This document shows positions 32,755 through 41,721 of a stretch of 64,000 nucleotides of DNA, piece after piece. Origin of the DNA: a virus (taxonomy: Duplodnaviria > Caudoviricetes). The position numbers were made by a program, and so were the translations under genes. The notes beneath the pieces were generated by a model. It was given only the letters and a program-made list of their open reading frames with translations, had not been told where the DNA came from and searched no databases. Within the stretch, counting starts at the first letter, position 1; every line of letters begins with the position of its first letter. The stretch spans positions 64,001 to 128,000 of the IMG/VR virus record IMGVR_UViG_3300034126_000020. The stretch is one strand, 5' to 3'.

Positions 32755-34278
32755 TCAGTCCGACGGACTGCTGGAACTGGTGTCGTTGCTGCTGGAATCA
32801 TTGACTGGCGAAGGACTGTTGTCAGTGCCGGAAAATGAACTGCGACCAGTGGAGACTTCCGAGTAATCCACCCCTGTCTTTTCCATAGGCACGCCGCCGT
32901 AGGTATGCTCTACCTGTTGGCTGCTGCGGGCCATCGCACCGGCTTGAACGTGCATGTCACGGATTATTTCACGATCCAGTGGCACGGCGTCCTTCTCAAA
33001 GCCCGTTTGATTCAACATGCGGCCATGGTTTTGATCGGCTGGAATATGGACCTGTTCTTCCGAAGGTTTCTGCGCTTGGGGTTGAATGAGGGAACCGGGC
33101 TCGAATACATCTTGGTCAAAACCACCCTGACGTTCTTTCTCCAACTCTTGCTGGTACTTCGCAATCGCCGGGATATCCAGGATGTCGCCCTGCGCCAACT
33201 TCTCACGGATTTCAGCGACAGCATCCGTCACAGCCGAGCAGTCAGGGATTTCCGGACCATGACCATTATTGAAGTCCATCAGCGAGAAACCGTACCACGC
33301 CAGATAGAACTGCACATCGTCCGATACCCCAGCCCCTTGAACAGGTTTGAAGTTACGGAAGGTGTCCAGGGTTGGTGGCTGTTGAGGAACACGACTATTG
33401 CGCAGATTCACACCCTTGATCTGGATGTCGTTCGGGTTGATACCTTGGCGCTGCATGCTTGCCAGCGTCTGAGCAATCAACGCCGGAGCGATCTCCGGGG
33501 TGTATTCGCGAGCCAACGGATCTGGCTTGTCACGACCGCCCAACTGTTGAAGCTGACGATCAATCGACGCAAGGTGAGGGGGAATGATGTCTTCCATCCC
33601 AGCGTGCGGCAGACCACCGAAGAAACGATGCAGAGATGCCTGGATCGACAGCTCCATTTCTTTGGTCAGGATCATCGGCTTCTCAAGGAGAGGCAGGATG
33701 AACTCCATCGCAAAGACGTCACCGATCTCGTTGTCCTTGTGCTTGGCCAGCAGGTCGATCAACGACTCAGCACGGTCCGGATACACTTGGCACGGGATCG
33801 AGAAGCTGCGCATGGTGATGCGAGTGCCGCCAGCGTTAGCGCCGAATTCGGCCTTGTTGCTGACCATGGCCCACTGGGTGTAGATGCCCTTGACTTTATA
33901 GCCGTAGGACAGTGCACTGAGCAGGTCGAACAGTTCCAGGCACGAGATGTCCACGCCACTCAGCGTTTCCAGATCCACGTCGGCTTCGAAGGTGGTGCTG
34001 TGTGGAACATAACCACGTTCTGCCAGCAAGCGAGCAATGCAGCCCAACATGAACAGCAGGTCTTCAGGGTCACCGGCTGGGTTACCCAACGCGGCTACGC
34101 TGACAGCCACGCGGCAGGCATCTTCTACGGTCAACTGGCTGCCTTCTTCCAAGGCCAGGTCGTACGTGGTGTCGTCGATCTTCTCGAAGCCCAGATCCTT
34201 ACACAGACCTTCAAGGTAGTCTGGTTTGGTAACGTCGGTGAAGAAGATACGGTGGTGCGTTGTTTGTGAGGTATGCAT
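32755..34278 (-). CDS. hypothetical protein with long Q/P/S-rich C-terminal region
   Basis: 507 aa; ends SSFSGTDNSPSPVNDSSSNDTSSSSPSD. Confidence 0.7.
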   Translation of the reverse strand: MHTSQTTHHRIFFTDVTKPDYLEGLCKDLGFEKIDDTTYDLALEEGSQLTVEDACRVAVSVAALGNPAGDPEDLLFMLGCIARLLAERGYVPHSTTFEADVDLETLSGVDISCLELFDLLSALSYGYKVKGIYTQWAMVSNKAEFGANAGGTRITMRSFSIPCQVYPDRAESLIDLLAKHKDNEIGDVFAMEFILPLLEKPMILTKEMELSIQASLHRFFGGLPHAGMEDIIPPHLASIDRQLQQLGGRDKPDPLAREYTPEIAPALIAQTLASMQRQGINPNDIQIKGVNLRNSRVPQQPPTLDTFRNFKPVQGAGVSDDVQFYLAWYGFSLMDFNNGHGPEIPDCSAVTDAVAEIREKLAQGDILDIPAIAKYQQELEKERQGGFDQDVFEPGSLIQPQAQKPSEEQVHIPADQNHGRMLNQTGFEKDAVPLDREIIRDMHVQAGAMARSSQQVEHTYGGVPMEKTGVDYSEVSTGRSSFSGTDNSPSPVNDSSSNDTSSSSPSD

Positions 34279-34288
34279 GATGAATTCC

Positions 34289-34732
34289 TTAGTTAATGGC
34301 TAAGCTTACATGTTGGCCGACAGTTTCGCGGACATGGCTCCAGTCATTGCAGACATGAAAGAGCACAAGGCGATCATCGCTCATGCCGATGAATTGGTGA
34401 TCTATGTCAACGAATTTCTTGACGCGGAAGTTTTCTCCCATGAGTGTGGTGAATTCTTCAAGTGCCATCAGGTTCTGCGTGTCGAACCTGATGGACTCAA
34501 ATGCAGCGGCTACTTCGGCCATCGTACTGTCGCAGTAACGATCGTCGGGTTTGTCGCTGTGGAAGACGCCATGCCAACCGTCCATGCGATGCTTTTCTTG
34601 AGTGACAGCAACCTCTAAGAAACCACCCTCCGGGTTACTGACGTTCAGCAACATCATCGAAGTTGTATCCCCTGTCTCCAGGCGCTGGATGGCTTCGTTA
34701 ATAAGTACGTGATACTCTTCGCGGGTCTTCAT
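34289..34732 (-). CDS. hypothetical protein
   Basis: 147 aa, AGGAGG RBS, after a putative early promoter. Confidence 0.65.
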   Translation of the reverse strand: MKTREEYHVLINEAIQRLETGDTTSMMLLNVSNPEGGFLEVAVTQEKHRMDGWHGVFHSDKPDDRYCDSTMAEVAAAFESIRFDTQNLMALEEFTTLMGENFRVKKFVDIDHQFIGMSDDRLVLFHVCNDWSHVRETVGQHVSLAIN

Positions 34733-34759
34733 GACGCCTCCTAGGTGATTGTACGTTGG

Positions 34760-34787
34760 TAATGTAGCGTTACTCCGTGTTTGAATC
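34760..34787 (-). promoter_or_regulatory. putative early promoter
   Basis: minus GATTCAA…GTAACGCTACATTA; 14-mer identical to 39717-39730. Confidence 0.6.
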
Positions 34788-35087
34788 GTCCTCGAGCAAA
34801 GCTTCAGACAACGCGTCGGCGCGTGAACAGGACTCTTCGCTCACGTACGACAGATCGCCGTACCCGCTGACACTGTAACCGATCAGCTGAGCGAACTGAC
34901 GCTGTTCAGTTTGGGTATAACCTGCCACAGCAATCTCGTTCAGGCCATAGCCAGAGATACGGGAACATTCAAGCACGTCGCGCACGATGCGATTCTCAAG
35001 GAACCGGTGCACGCCGTGTGGATCGACACCGACAGGTTGCATCGGCTCTTCTTCACCAGCCAAGATAGTGGTCAGGACAATGGTCAT
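34770..35087 (-). CDS. hypothetical phage protein
   Basis: start MTIVLTT (GAGGAGGG RBS); RQFAQLIGYSVSGYGDLSYVS. Confidence 0.65.
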   Translation of the reverse strand: MTIVLTTILAGEEEPMQPVGVDPHGVHRFLENRIVRDVLECSRISGYGLNEIAVAGYTQTEQRQFAQLIGYSVSGYGDLSYVSEESCSRADALSEALLEDDSNTE

Positions 35088-35099
35088 GTTACCCTCCTC

Positions 35100-35126
35100 G
35101 GGCATAAAGCGGTGGCCGAAGCCACC
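35100..35126 (-). terminator. terminator
   Basis: GGTGGC-TTCG-GCCACC then GCTTTATGCCC. Confidence 0.75.
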
Positions 35127-35143
35127 ACTCGGGTAAGGTTACA

Positions 35144-35824
35144 TCACGCCGTTTCAGGGCGCTTGCGCATGTGCGCGTCGATCTTCATCAACATCGGGAT
35201 CAACTGAGCCTGCACTTGTTCAAAGCTCTGCTCAGCATCTACCACAAGGTAACGCCATGGTTCTTCAGCAGCACACTGAAGGTACGTCGCACGCGTGCTC
35301 TCATGGAAGCTCAGAGGCTTGCGATCGTAGTAGTTCTCAGCGTACTCAGCCGCACGAGCCACCATACGCTCACGGAACACCAGAGGATTACCATCGAGGA
35401 TGATGGTCATGTCAGGCTGGAACCGATCAAACGTCACAGCGTGCATCGCTTTCAGTTGGTGGTAGTCCATACCTTCTTCGCGCTGATATGCAAAGGTACT
35501 GTCGCAGAACCGATCAGTGATGATCAGTTCGCCGCTGGACAGACGCGGCCAGATCATGTTCTCCAGATGGAGTGCACGAGCTGCCATGAACATCAGCGTC
35601 TTGGCGATTGGCGACAGCGTTTCATGCAGACCGGGTTCGCGGTCCATCAAGATACGTTCACGGAGGACTTCTGCTTCTGGTGTCCCGCCGGGTTCGCGAG
35701 TCAGAACGGCGGTGATTCCATGGCCTTGAAACCATTCAGAGAGCCAAGTGCGCAGGGTGGATTTACCAGCCCCATCCGGTCCTTCGATCCCGAGCAGAAA
35801 GCCCTTGTGAGTGATGTGATCCAT
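35144..35824 (-). CDS. tmk: thymidylate (dTMP) kinase
   Basis: GIEGPDGAGKST P-loop, TREPGG, FMAAR, ITDRFCDSTFAYQ; start re-set to MDHITHK (GGAG RBS). Confidence 0.95.
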   Translation of the reverse strand: MDHITHKGFLLGIEGPDGAGKSTLRTWLSEWFQGHGITAVLTREPGGTPEAEVLRERILMDREPGLHETLSPIAKTLMFMAARALHLENMIWPRLSSGELIITDRFCDSTFAYQREEGMDYHQLKAMHAVTFDRFQPDMTIILDGNPLVFRERMVARAAEYAENYYDRKPLSFHESTRATYLQCAAEEPWRYLVVDAEQSFEQVQAQLIPMLMKIDAHMRKRPETA

Positions 35825-35894
35825 TTGTTCTCCTGGTGTGCGTTGTCGGTATTGTAGATACGGCGGCATGAGGCCGCGACGAGCAGCGACGTGT

Positions 35895-36401
35895 CTATTT
35901 GATCGCATGGTTAATTCCGGGTTTGGGTTTCTTCTTGCTAGCCGCCACTGCATGGCGAATGATCAGTCGATCGCTTTCCGGATAGACGCAGAAGTACACC
36001 CGGTCGAGGTTGGCCAATGGCGGGCTATCCCGATGCCAGACAAGGCCACCTTTGGTGATCGCATCAACTTGGCCCTTAAACTTGTTGACCCATTCACCAA
36101 AGACCAGATCACCCCATTCGATGAACTCGTTGAGCAGGAACTTGGAGACAGCGTGAGCCGGGCCTTTGATAGCCCCTTTCGGGAACGACACGATAAAGTG
36201 CTTCTTGCTGCGCTCGTCGGTCATGTGAAAGTAGTCACGCGTCTTGAGATCAACGCCCCGCCAGAACGAACCGATGATCAGTTCATTACCTTCCTCTTGC
36301 GAGGATTCGTACCAGCTCACGATGCTGGACTGTGTACCTATCCGCACCTTCTTCACTTCGACGATATGGGTAGTGGTCTGAGTCAGTTTGATAGAGGCCA
36401 T
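35895..36401 (-). CDS. hypothetical protein
   Basis: 168 aa. Confidence 0.6.
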   Translation of the reverse strand: MASIKLTQTTTHIVEVKKVRIGTQSSIVSWYESSQEEGNELIIGSFWRGVDLKTRDYFHMTDERSKKHFIVSFPKGAIKGPAHAVSKFLLNEFIEWGDLVFGEWVNKFKGQVDAITKGGLVWHRDSPPLANLDRVYFCVYPESDRLIIRHAVAASKKKPKPGINHAIK

Positions 36402-36426
36402 GATGAGTTCCTTGGTGATGCGGCAT

Positions 36427-37071
36427 TTAAGCCGCTACTGGTAATTCTAAAGGAGGGATTTCAAGACCCTGCTTAGTCATTTGTGCTTTGATCCATTCAA
36501 TGAACTGCGTCCGCTGCTCCTCTACGTAGAGGTTCACAATCGGGATGTTGTTCATGATGGACAATTGAACGGCAGTATTGGTACCACCCTTCACTAACCC
36601 TTTCTTGCCCGTTGGTACAGCCCAGAAGACTGTGATCCACCGCGGCTTATCGAGGCCCTCAGAGAGAACCTGGAACGCGTTGCGAGTATGTAGGGCTATC
36701 CCAGAGGGGAAGAGCCCATTGAAGCTTCCACGCGCTTTGAAGGCCATTGCTTGGGCTTCATCGTACGTACCGTACCACTCCGCTTCGTGATGCCCTTTCA
36801 AGTGGTCTTGTTTCAAGTTGCGCATGTTCTTGAGCTTGGTGTAGTAGATCTGGGCAGGTGGCATCATTGGCCCCTTACCCAGTTCGTACCCTTCCCAGAA
36901 GACGGTGTCAGAACCCGGAGCATCACCTGTGCACAACACACCGCCCAACATGGCCATGCATTGTCCGACCCAGCGTAGCAACGGCTCCCATTCCTCTGGC
37001 AAGTCGTTACGGCTACCGACTCCGCACCAAGTGAAACGCCAGTTCCATCCAATCGCCTTCCAGAAATCCAT
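36427..37071 (-). CDS. SLOG-superfamily (DprA/Smf-like Rossmannoid) protein
   Basis: CGVGSR…LCTGDAPGSDTVFWEG…RNAFQVL…GGTNTAVQLS…IPIVNL; start re-set to MDFWKAI. Confidence 0.75.
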   Translation of the reverse strand: MDFWKAIGWNWRFTWCGVGSRNDLPEEWEPLLRWVGQCMAMLGGVLCTGDAPGSDTVFWEGYELGKGPMMPPAQIYYTKLKNMRNLKQDHLKGHHEAEWYGTYDEAQAMAFKARGSFNGLFPSGIALHTRNAFQVLSEGLDKPRWITVFWAVPTGKKGLVKGGTNTAVQLSIMNNIPIVNLYVEEQRTQFIEWIKAQMTKQGLEIPPLELPVAA

Positions 37072-37073
37072 CC

Positions 37074-37394
37074 CTACCCCCAAACAATGAACTTGATGAT
37101 CAGAAACGCATGCGTCAACAAGGCCGCTATGAAATACACAGTCCAAACAGCAGCACAGCCAAAGCACGCATAACCAGACCAGATGCCGAACTTGCGCCAA
37201 ATACTCATCTTGTACGGCTTGCAGAACCGAGTGCAGTAGCTGTGATGTTCATCGTCGTCGATTGCCGATGGAATGAACATCAACATGATGACGCCGAACA
37301 CAAGTACACCACCACCGCCAAACCAATTGAACAGCTCACAAATGGTTTCGGTGTACGGACCCCAAAAGTCCGAGAGGTTAAGAGGCGTTGACAT
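37074..37394 (-). CDS. two-TM membrane protein
   Basis: GGGGVLVFGVIMLMFIP and GYACFGCAAVWTVYFIAALLTHAFLIIKFIV; start MSTPLN. Confidence 0.65.
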   Translation of the reverse strand: MSTPLNLSDFWGPYTETICELFNWFGGGGVLVFGVIMLMFIPSAIDDDEHHSYCTRFCKPYKMSIWRKFGIWSGYACFGCAAVWTVYFIAALLTHAFLIIKFIVWG

Positions 37395-37402
37395 AGCTGT
37401 CC

Positions 37403-38014
37403 TTAGCGTGGTTGGATCAGAGCGTTGTAACGCGCCATGCCGTCTTCGAACAGGTGAACGCACCCGAGGTCTTCTTGGTGACGTGCACGCTGGAATTCCA
37501 CGAGGGCTTCGTTCTGCTGGAACAGGGCCACTTCATGAGGGATGTTCGCAGTACCGGTGCAGAACAGCGGCACCAGTGCCCGATCGAAGTAGGCATCGTT
37601 TTCTTCTTCGTACTCGGCCAGGGCACGTAACGCGACATGCATCGCCATGTACGGGGCAATCGGATCGACGTTGGAGGTCGGGGCGAACATGGTAGGCACG
37701 TAGACCACAGCCTTGCCATCGACCACGATCACTTCAGCGCAACCGACAGGCATCATACCCGAGTACTTCTCACGGATAGCACGCAGTACCTTGGTCTGCA
37801 CTTCACGACCGAACACATCGACCACTGCCAGATCGAAACCACCGGTCATGTGGCCGAAGCTGTTACCCGGGGTGAACAAGACGTCGTAGCGAGCCTTGAT
37901 CTGCGCAGCCGTTTGTGCGGTGATGTTGGCGCGCAGCAAACCGGTTTCCACAGCTTGCGGTGCGTTGAGGGTACGTTGCTTGTCGGTGTTTACAAGGAAG
38001 TCGAGGAATCGCAT
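37403..38014 (-). CDS. Macro-domain (ADP-ribose binding/hydrolase) protein
   Basis: FTPGNSFGHMTGGFDLAV…MPVG…YVPTMFAP…VPLFCTGTANI; start re-set to MRFLDFL (TAATG coupling). Confidence 0.85.
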   Translation of the reverse strand: MRFLDFLVNTDKQRTLNAPQAVETGLLRANITAQTAAQIKARYDVLFTPGNSFGHMTGGFDLAVVDVFGREVQTKVLRAIREKYSGMMPVGCAEVIVVDGKAVVYVPTMFAPTSNVDPIAPYMAMHVALRALAEYEEENDAYFDRALVPLFCTGTANIPHEVALFQQNEALVEFQRARHQEDLGCVHLFEDGMARYNALIQPR

Positions 38015-38358
38015 TATTTGATCGCCTTTAGGCCGAAGGTGGTGATGATGCCCGGGTACTGGCGCATCGTAGGTAGGTGTACTTCTTCGAACGGAATGCC
38101 GAACCAACCATTGGAGAAAATCTGCACCAGGTTTGGTTCGACCCCGACGTAGTTCAAGTGATCCCGGTCGATGATGCTCAAGGTGACCGGAGGGTAGAGT
38201 TGGCCACCGAAGTAGTGGCCCTCAGCTTGGCGCAACGCCATCTGGATGTGGCCCGGTAGCACAGGTGTGTTCACCTCAGCACGCTCTGCTGCTTCAAGCG
38301 TGAAGTCGACTGCCATGACGTGCCATTTGTCCAACCACCAGATAAAGACGTGGTCCAT
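38014..38358 (-). CDS. hypothetical protein
   Basis: start MDHVFIWW (GAGG RBS). Confidence 0.6.
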   Translation of the reverse strand: MDHVFIWWLDKWHVMAVDFTLEAAERAEVNTPVLPGHIQMALRQAEGHYFGGQLYPPVTLSIIDRDHLNYVGVEPNLVQIFSNGWFGIPFEEVHLPTMRQYPGIITTFGLKAIK

Positions 38359-38360
38359 GC

Positions 38361-38540
38361 TTACCTCTGCCCAGAGTTCATTTCGATGAAACCCTTGCGC
38401 GTGACGCAAAGGCGATACGTAGCTTGATTGTGCTTGACGTGATACGTTTGCCCGCGATGCAGCTTACCTTCAAAGTAAGCCTTTTCCAGATCGTCTCGAG
38501 TATCAAACTCCAAGTTTTCAGTGATAGGGACTTCTTTCAT
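38361..38540 (-). CDS. 59-aa protein (absent from ORF track)
   Basis: read by hand: MKEVPITENLEFDTRDDLEKAYFEGKLHRGQTYHVKHNQATYRLCVTRKGFIEMNSGQR; GGAG RBS. Confidence 0.65.
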   Translation of the reverse strand: MKEVPITENLEFDTRDDLEKAYFEGKLHRGQTYHVKHNQATYRLCVTRKGFIEMNSGQR

Positions 38541-38553
38541 TTACATGCTCCTG

Positions 38554-38583
38554 ACATACAAACCATCTATCGAGTTTGTATGT
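38554..38583. promoter_or_regulatory. perfect 10-bp inverted repeat (operator or leader hairpin)
   Basis: ACATACAAAC-N10-GTTTGTATGT. Confidence 0.5.
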
Positions 38584-38598
38584 TTTAACTTGTCCATG

Positions 38599-38628
38599 CG
38601 GCATAAGAGGGAGGCCGAAGCCTCCCTC
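38599..38628 (-). terminator. terminator
   Basis: GAGGGAGGC-TTCG-GCCTCCCTC then TTATGCCG. Confidence 0.85.
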
Positions 38629-38634
38629 AGTGAA

Positions 38635-38958
38635 TCACACCGCGGTGTAGAACTTCATGAACTTGGCCAACGACAAGCTTTGGGTGTGCTTGTCTTCTTC
38701 CTTGTCTTTAAACAGGGCCTGATCCTTGCGGACTTCGACCAGGAAGATCTTCGTAGTGACGTTGTTGCGCACGGTCTGATACCACGCGTTAACAGCGCCC
38801 TCGAACTTCAGCGGTTCAGGCTGCACTTGAGGTTTACGCTCAGGTTGAGCGATCTCACGCAGAGCCCCCAAGCTGCTGAGCGAGTTGCCGACCGGTTTCG
38901 GACGACGATCCACACTGGCAGATGGGCGAGAATCTTTCCACGAGGTTCTTTGGTTCAT
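38635..38958 (-). CDS. hypothetical protein
   Basis: 107 aa. Confidence 0.6.
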   Translation of the reverse strand: MNQRTSWKDSRPSASVDRRPKPVGNSLSSLGALREIAQPERKPQVQPEPLKFEGAVNAWYQTVRNNVTTKIFLVEVRKDQALFKDKEEDKHTQSLSLAKFMKFYTAV

Positions 38959-38970
38959 TACAGGGTACCT

Positions 38971-39681
38971 TTAAGTTGTTTTCTCTGAGGAGGAATGTCG
39001 GATGGGTGCTACGTGCTTCTTGAATACATTTTGACCAAAGTCAGGGTTGGATGTCACTGTGACTCGTTCCACCATGACGCTGATCTCTTCAACGTTGAGG
39101 GTTATGTCAGCCTGTAGGGCTAAACGGATTCGTTCGATGTCGTCGTCGCTGATAAAGGAATGTCGTTGGTCTGGCAGAATGGACAACCGAAGGTGCCCGA
39201 GATACTCTCCTTGCATATCCACGATGGCAGCGTGTGCAGTGAATGGCGCGTCTGTGCCCTGCATCACTGTCAAGCAGTGGTGTTGGTGGTTAAAGACCGT
39301 GAACGAACCGGTCGTGTAGCGATTGACCAGTTTGTCCTCCCAATAAGACTCAGGATTGATCCGGAACCGGTACTCGTTCATCAGGCGTGCAGCAGGACGA
39401 CCACGGTCGCCAAAGTGCACGCTGATCTCTTTACCGACGTGAAGCAGCTGCTTGTTGGCAAGGGACTGGAGGAACTCTGGAAGAGCGTTCTCTGTGTAGA
39501 TGTCCTTACCCGACCGATCGGTCTCCGCACAGAACAAGGCCATTTCTCGACTGAGGTCGATGTCAGCAATGGCCACGACTGTGAGGTGACGTTTATGTCC
39601 AGAGACAGCTTCGTCGAATGTTAAGGTGAGTATTTCTCCTGCCCTGACGAATAACCTCCCCAGCGTATGATTGTCTTGCAT
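38971..39681 (-). CDS. hypothetical protein
   Basis: 236 aa, GAGG RBS, after a putative early promoter. Confidence 0.65.
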   Translation of the reverse strand: MQDNHTLGRLFVRAGEILTLTFDEAVSGHKRHLTVVAIADIDLSREMALFCAETDRSGKDIYTENALPEFLQSLANKQLLHVGKEISVHFGDRGRPAARLMNEYRFRINPESYWEDKLVNRYTTGSFTVFNHQHHCLTVMQGTDAPFTAHAAIVDMQGEYLGHLRLSILPDQRHSFISDDDIERIRLALQADITLNVEEISVMVERVTVTSNPDFGQNVFKKHVAPIRHSSSEKTT

Positions 39682-39716
39682 AGCTGTGGACCTCAGGTTG
39701 AGTTACTGCTCATGGA

Positions 39717-39744
39717 TAATGTAGCGTTACGATTGTGTCGAATC
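39717..39744 (-). promoter_or_regulatory. putative early promoter
   Basis: minus GATTCGA…GTAACGCTACATTA; same spacing as 34760-34787. Confidence 0.6.
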
Positions 39745-41109
39745 GCTCGCCTCATCCAGGTACTTTTTGTACGAGGGGTTCTGCCTGTCGACCATCACCA
39801 CGACTTCCGTCGTCACCTGATGGATCTTCTGATGCATACCAGTCCCCGATACTGCCGAATACGAGTGAGAGTGAATCACGACCGCATTGACAAAAGCAGG
39901 TGTGCCGTCTACCAGAAACGCCACTTCACATTGCAGACCCGGTTGGATAGCATCTGGGTTACTGTTCTCCCAGTTCATCGTCAGGAATGCACCATTGCGC
40001 ACAGCGATCTTGCTCGCTTCGTTGAACGCGTTGGATGTACCGATGTCACTGCTGACACGGGACATGTTGTTGGCTTTTCGAGTGACTGCCTCGTACTCAT
40101 TTGCGTTGTTGGTTCTTTTTGCCACGGCTTTGTTACCGCCGGTCTCGAAGAACCCTTCCATCATTGCGTCGGTGTTGGCAAAGCGAGTGCCGTTACCTTC
40201 GTTCAACAACAGAATCTCAGAGGGGTCTGTACGCTGCACCCCACCGGTCACAAACACGCTCAGGTGCTTGTCTACGATGCGCCATGTCCGTTCCACCCCT
40301 CGGTACTGCTGAGAGGGCGCTAGGATGAACATCGCCGTGTACTCGGCCGTGTCATAGCGCATGAAGTTATACAGCGGCCAGACGTGCCAGAAGCCCTTCT
40401 TGAGGTAACACCCGACGCCGGCTGTGTAGATCCCGCCGTATTCCTTCTGAAGCTTGTCCGCCACTGACACCAAGGACGTCCCATGAGGGATGATGGTGTT
40501 CGAGCGTTTGGTCAAGTTGTTCGGAGGGACACTGTTGATCCCTAGGATGGATTGCTCCACCTCAAGGTCCATGTTCTTGATCGAGTTGCTCAATAGCGCG
40601 ATCAGGATGTCAAATGGCGTACTGTCCCGGAACACCCCACCGACCAGCTCAGAGCGGGTCAAGGCAAAGGCTTCTTCTTGTAACTGCACCGTCACTGTCT
40701 TGAGTCCCGAGAGGTCTGCCGAATACTCGGTGGCCGTCTCGGGGCTGTCTGCCATGGTGGCGGTCTCACCCTCAGCGGGCAAGTACGCATTGAACGTCTG
40801 AACCACGATGGCATCGGCAGTGGATTCACCCTGCTGCCCCACACGCGAACGTGTGACTGTCATCTTCAGGTTCTCCTTGAACGGGAGAACACGGTTCAGG
40901 TATTGACCCCAAGGCAACACGACCTTGATCAGCATTTCATCCGTGGCTGCGTTACGGTAGTCACCGATGGAATCGGTACTGACCACGATCATCGCCGGTA
41001 CTTCTTCTTTCTCGGTGACGAACGTGGCTTCGTAACTGTAGTAGGACTCCTGTCCATCGCGCTTGATCAGGTCGTATTCAGCATTGAGGGTCGTCTGGGA
41101 GAATTCCAT
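39727..41109 (-). CDS. conserved phiKZ-like virion structural protein (gp101-like position; possibly baseplate hub)
   Basis: 460 aa, last gene of the structural block; size and synteny recalled from phiKZ. Confidence 0.6.
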   Translation of the reverse strand: MEFSQTTLNAEYDLIKRDGQESYYSYEATFVTEKEEVPAMIVVSTDSIGDYRNAATDEMLIKVVLPWGQYLNRVLPFKENLKMTVTRSRVGQQGESTADAIVVQTFNAYLPAEGETATMADSPETATEYSADLSGLKTVTVQLQEEAFALTRSELVGGVFRDSTPFDILIALLSNSIKNMDLEVEQSILGINSVPPNNLTKRSNTIIPHGTSLVSVADKLQKEYGGIYTAGVGCYLKKGFWHVWPLYNFMRYDTAEYTAMFILAPSQQYRGVERTWRIVDKHLSVFVTGGVQRTDPSEILLLNEGNGTRFANTDAMMEGFFETGGNKAVAKRTNNANEYEAVTRKANNMSRVSSDIGTSNAFNEASKIAVRNGAFLTMNWENSNPDAIQPGLQCEVAFLVDGTPAFVNAVVIHSHSYSAVSGTGMHQKIHQVTTEVVVMVDRQNPSYKKYLDEASDSTQS

Positions 41110-41124
41110 GAGGACCCCTTGCGG

Positions 41125-41721
41125 TTACTTGCGGGCTTGGTTACGTTCGGCCAGCAGTGCTTCGATCCGGCCCATGATTGGAGAGGTGTCTTGAACCACA
41201 GTGCCAACACCCGTTGGGTTGAAGAGTTCTTCTGCCCCAGCCACCCCACCAAACAGCGCGGACATGCGCTTGAGTTGAGGGACGTCACCGACCTTAGGCT
41301 TAAAGCCCATGACCTGTGACTGGATGGTCTTGCAGTAGTCGGACATCAAGTACAACGACTGAAGCGGTGCATCCTTGACGTTCGGGTCGTGTTGGATGTG
41401 ACGCTGCCAGAACCCGATGTGAGCGATCAGGACTTCGTAGATGGTCACGAGGTCTTCACGGTGTTGCATCAGGATGTCGGCACCCTTCTCGTAGAGCTTG
41501 AGGATGTCCTCAATGGTGCCCCCGATGTTGACGTATTCGGACATCGCATCGGCATCGCCCTTCTTGGACCCTGTGCTCAGGTGCCCCACCTTCTCGTTGT
41601 GCTCACGAGAGTAACGATAGTAGCCGGGAATGGCGTACAGGTAGGTGGCGTGGAAGATGTGCTTGCGGACCGAATCAATGTTGGTCAGGTCCAGACCCGG
41701 GAACATGGTCTTGTTGGTCAC
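41125..41721 (-). CDS. conserved phiKZ-like protein (gp100-like position)
   Basis: 198 aa, ATGA coupling. Confidence 0.55.
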   Translation of the reverse strand: MTNKTMFPGLDLTNIDSVRKHIFHATYLYAIPGYYRYSREHNEKVGHLSTGSKKGDADAMSEYVNIGGTIEDILKLYEKGADILMQHREDLVTIYEVLIAHIGFWQRHIQHDPNVKDAPLQSLYLMSDYCKTIQSQVMGFKPKVGDVPQLKRMSALFGGVAGAEELFNPTGVGTVVQDTSPIMGRIEALLAERNQARK

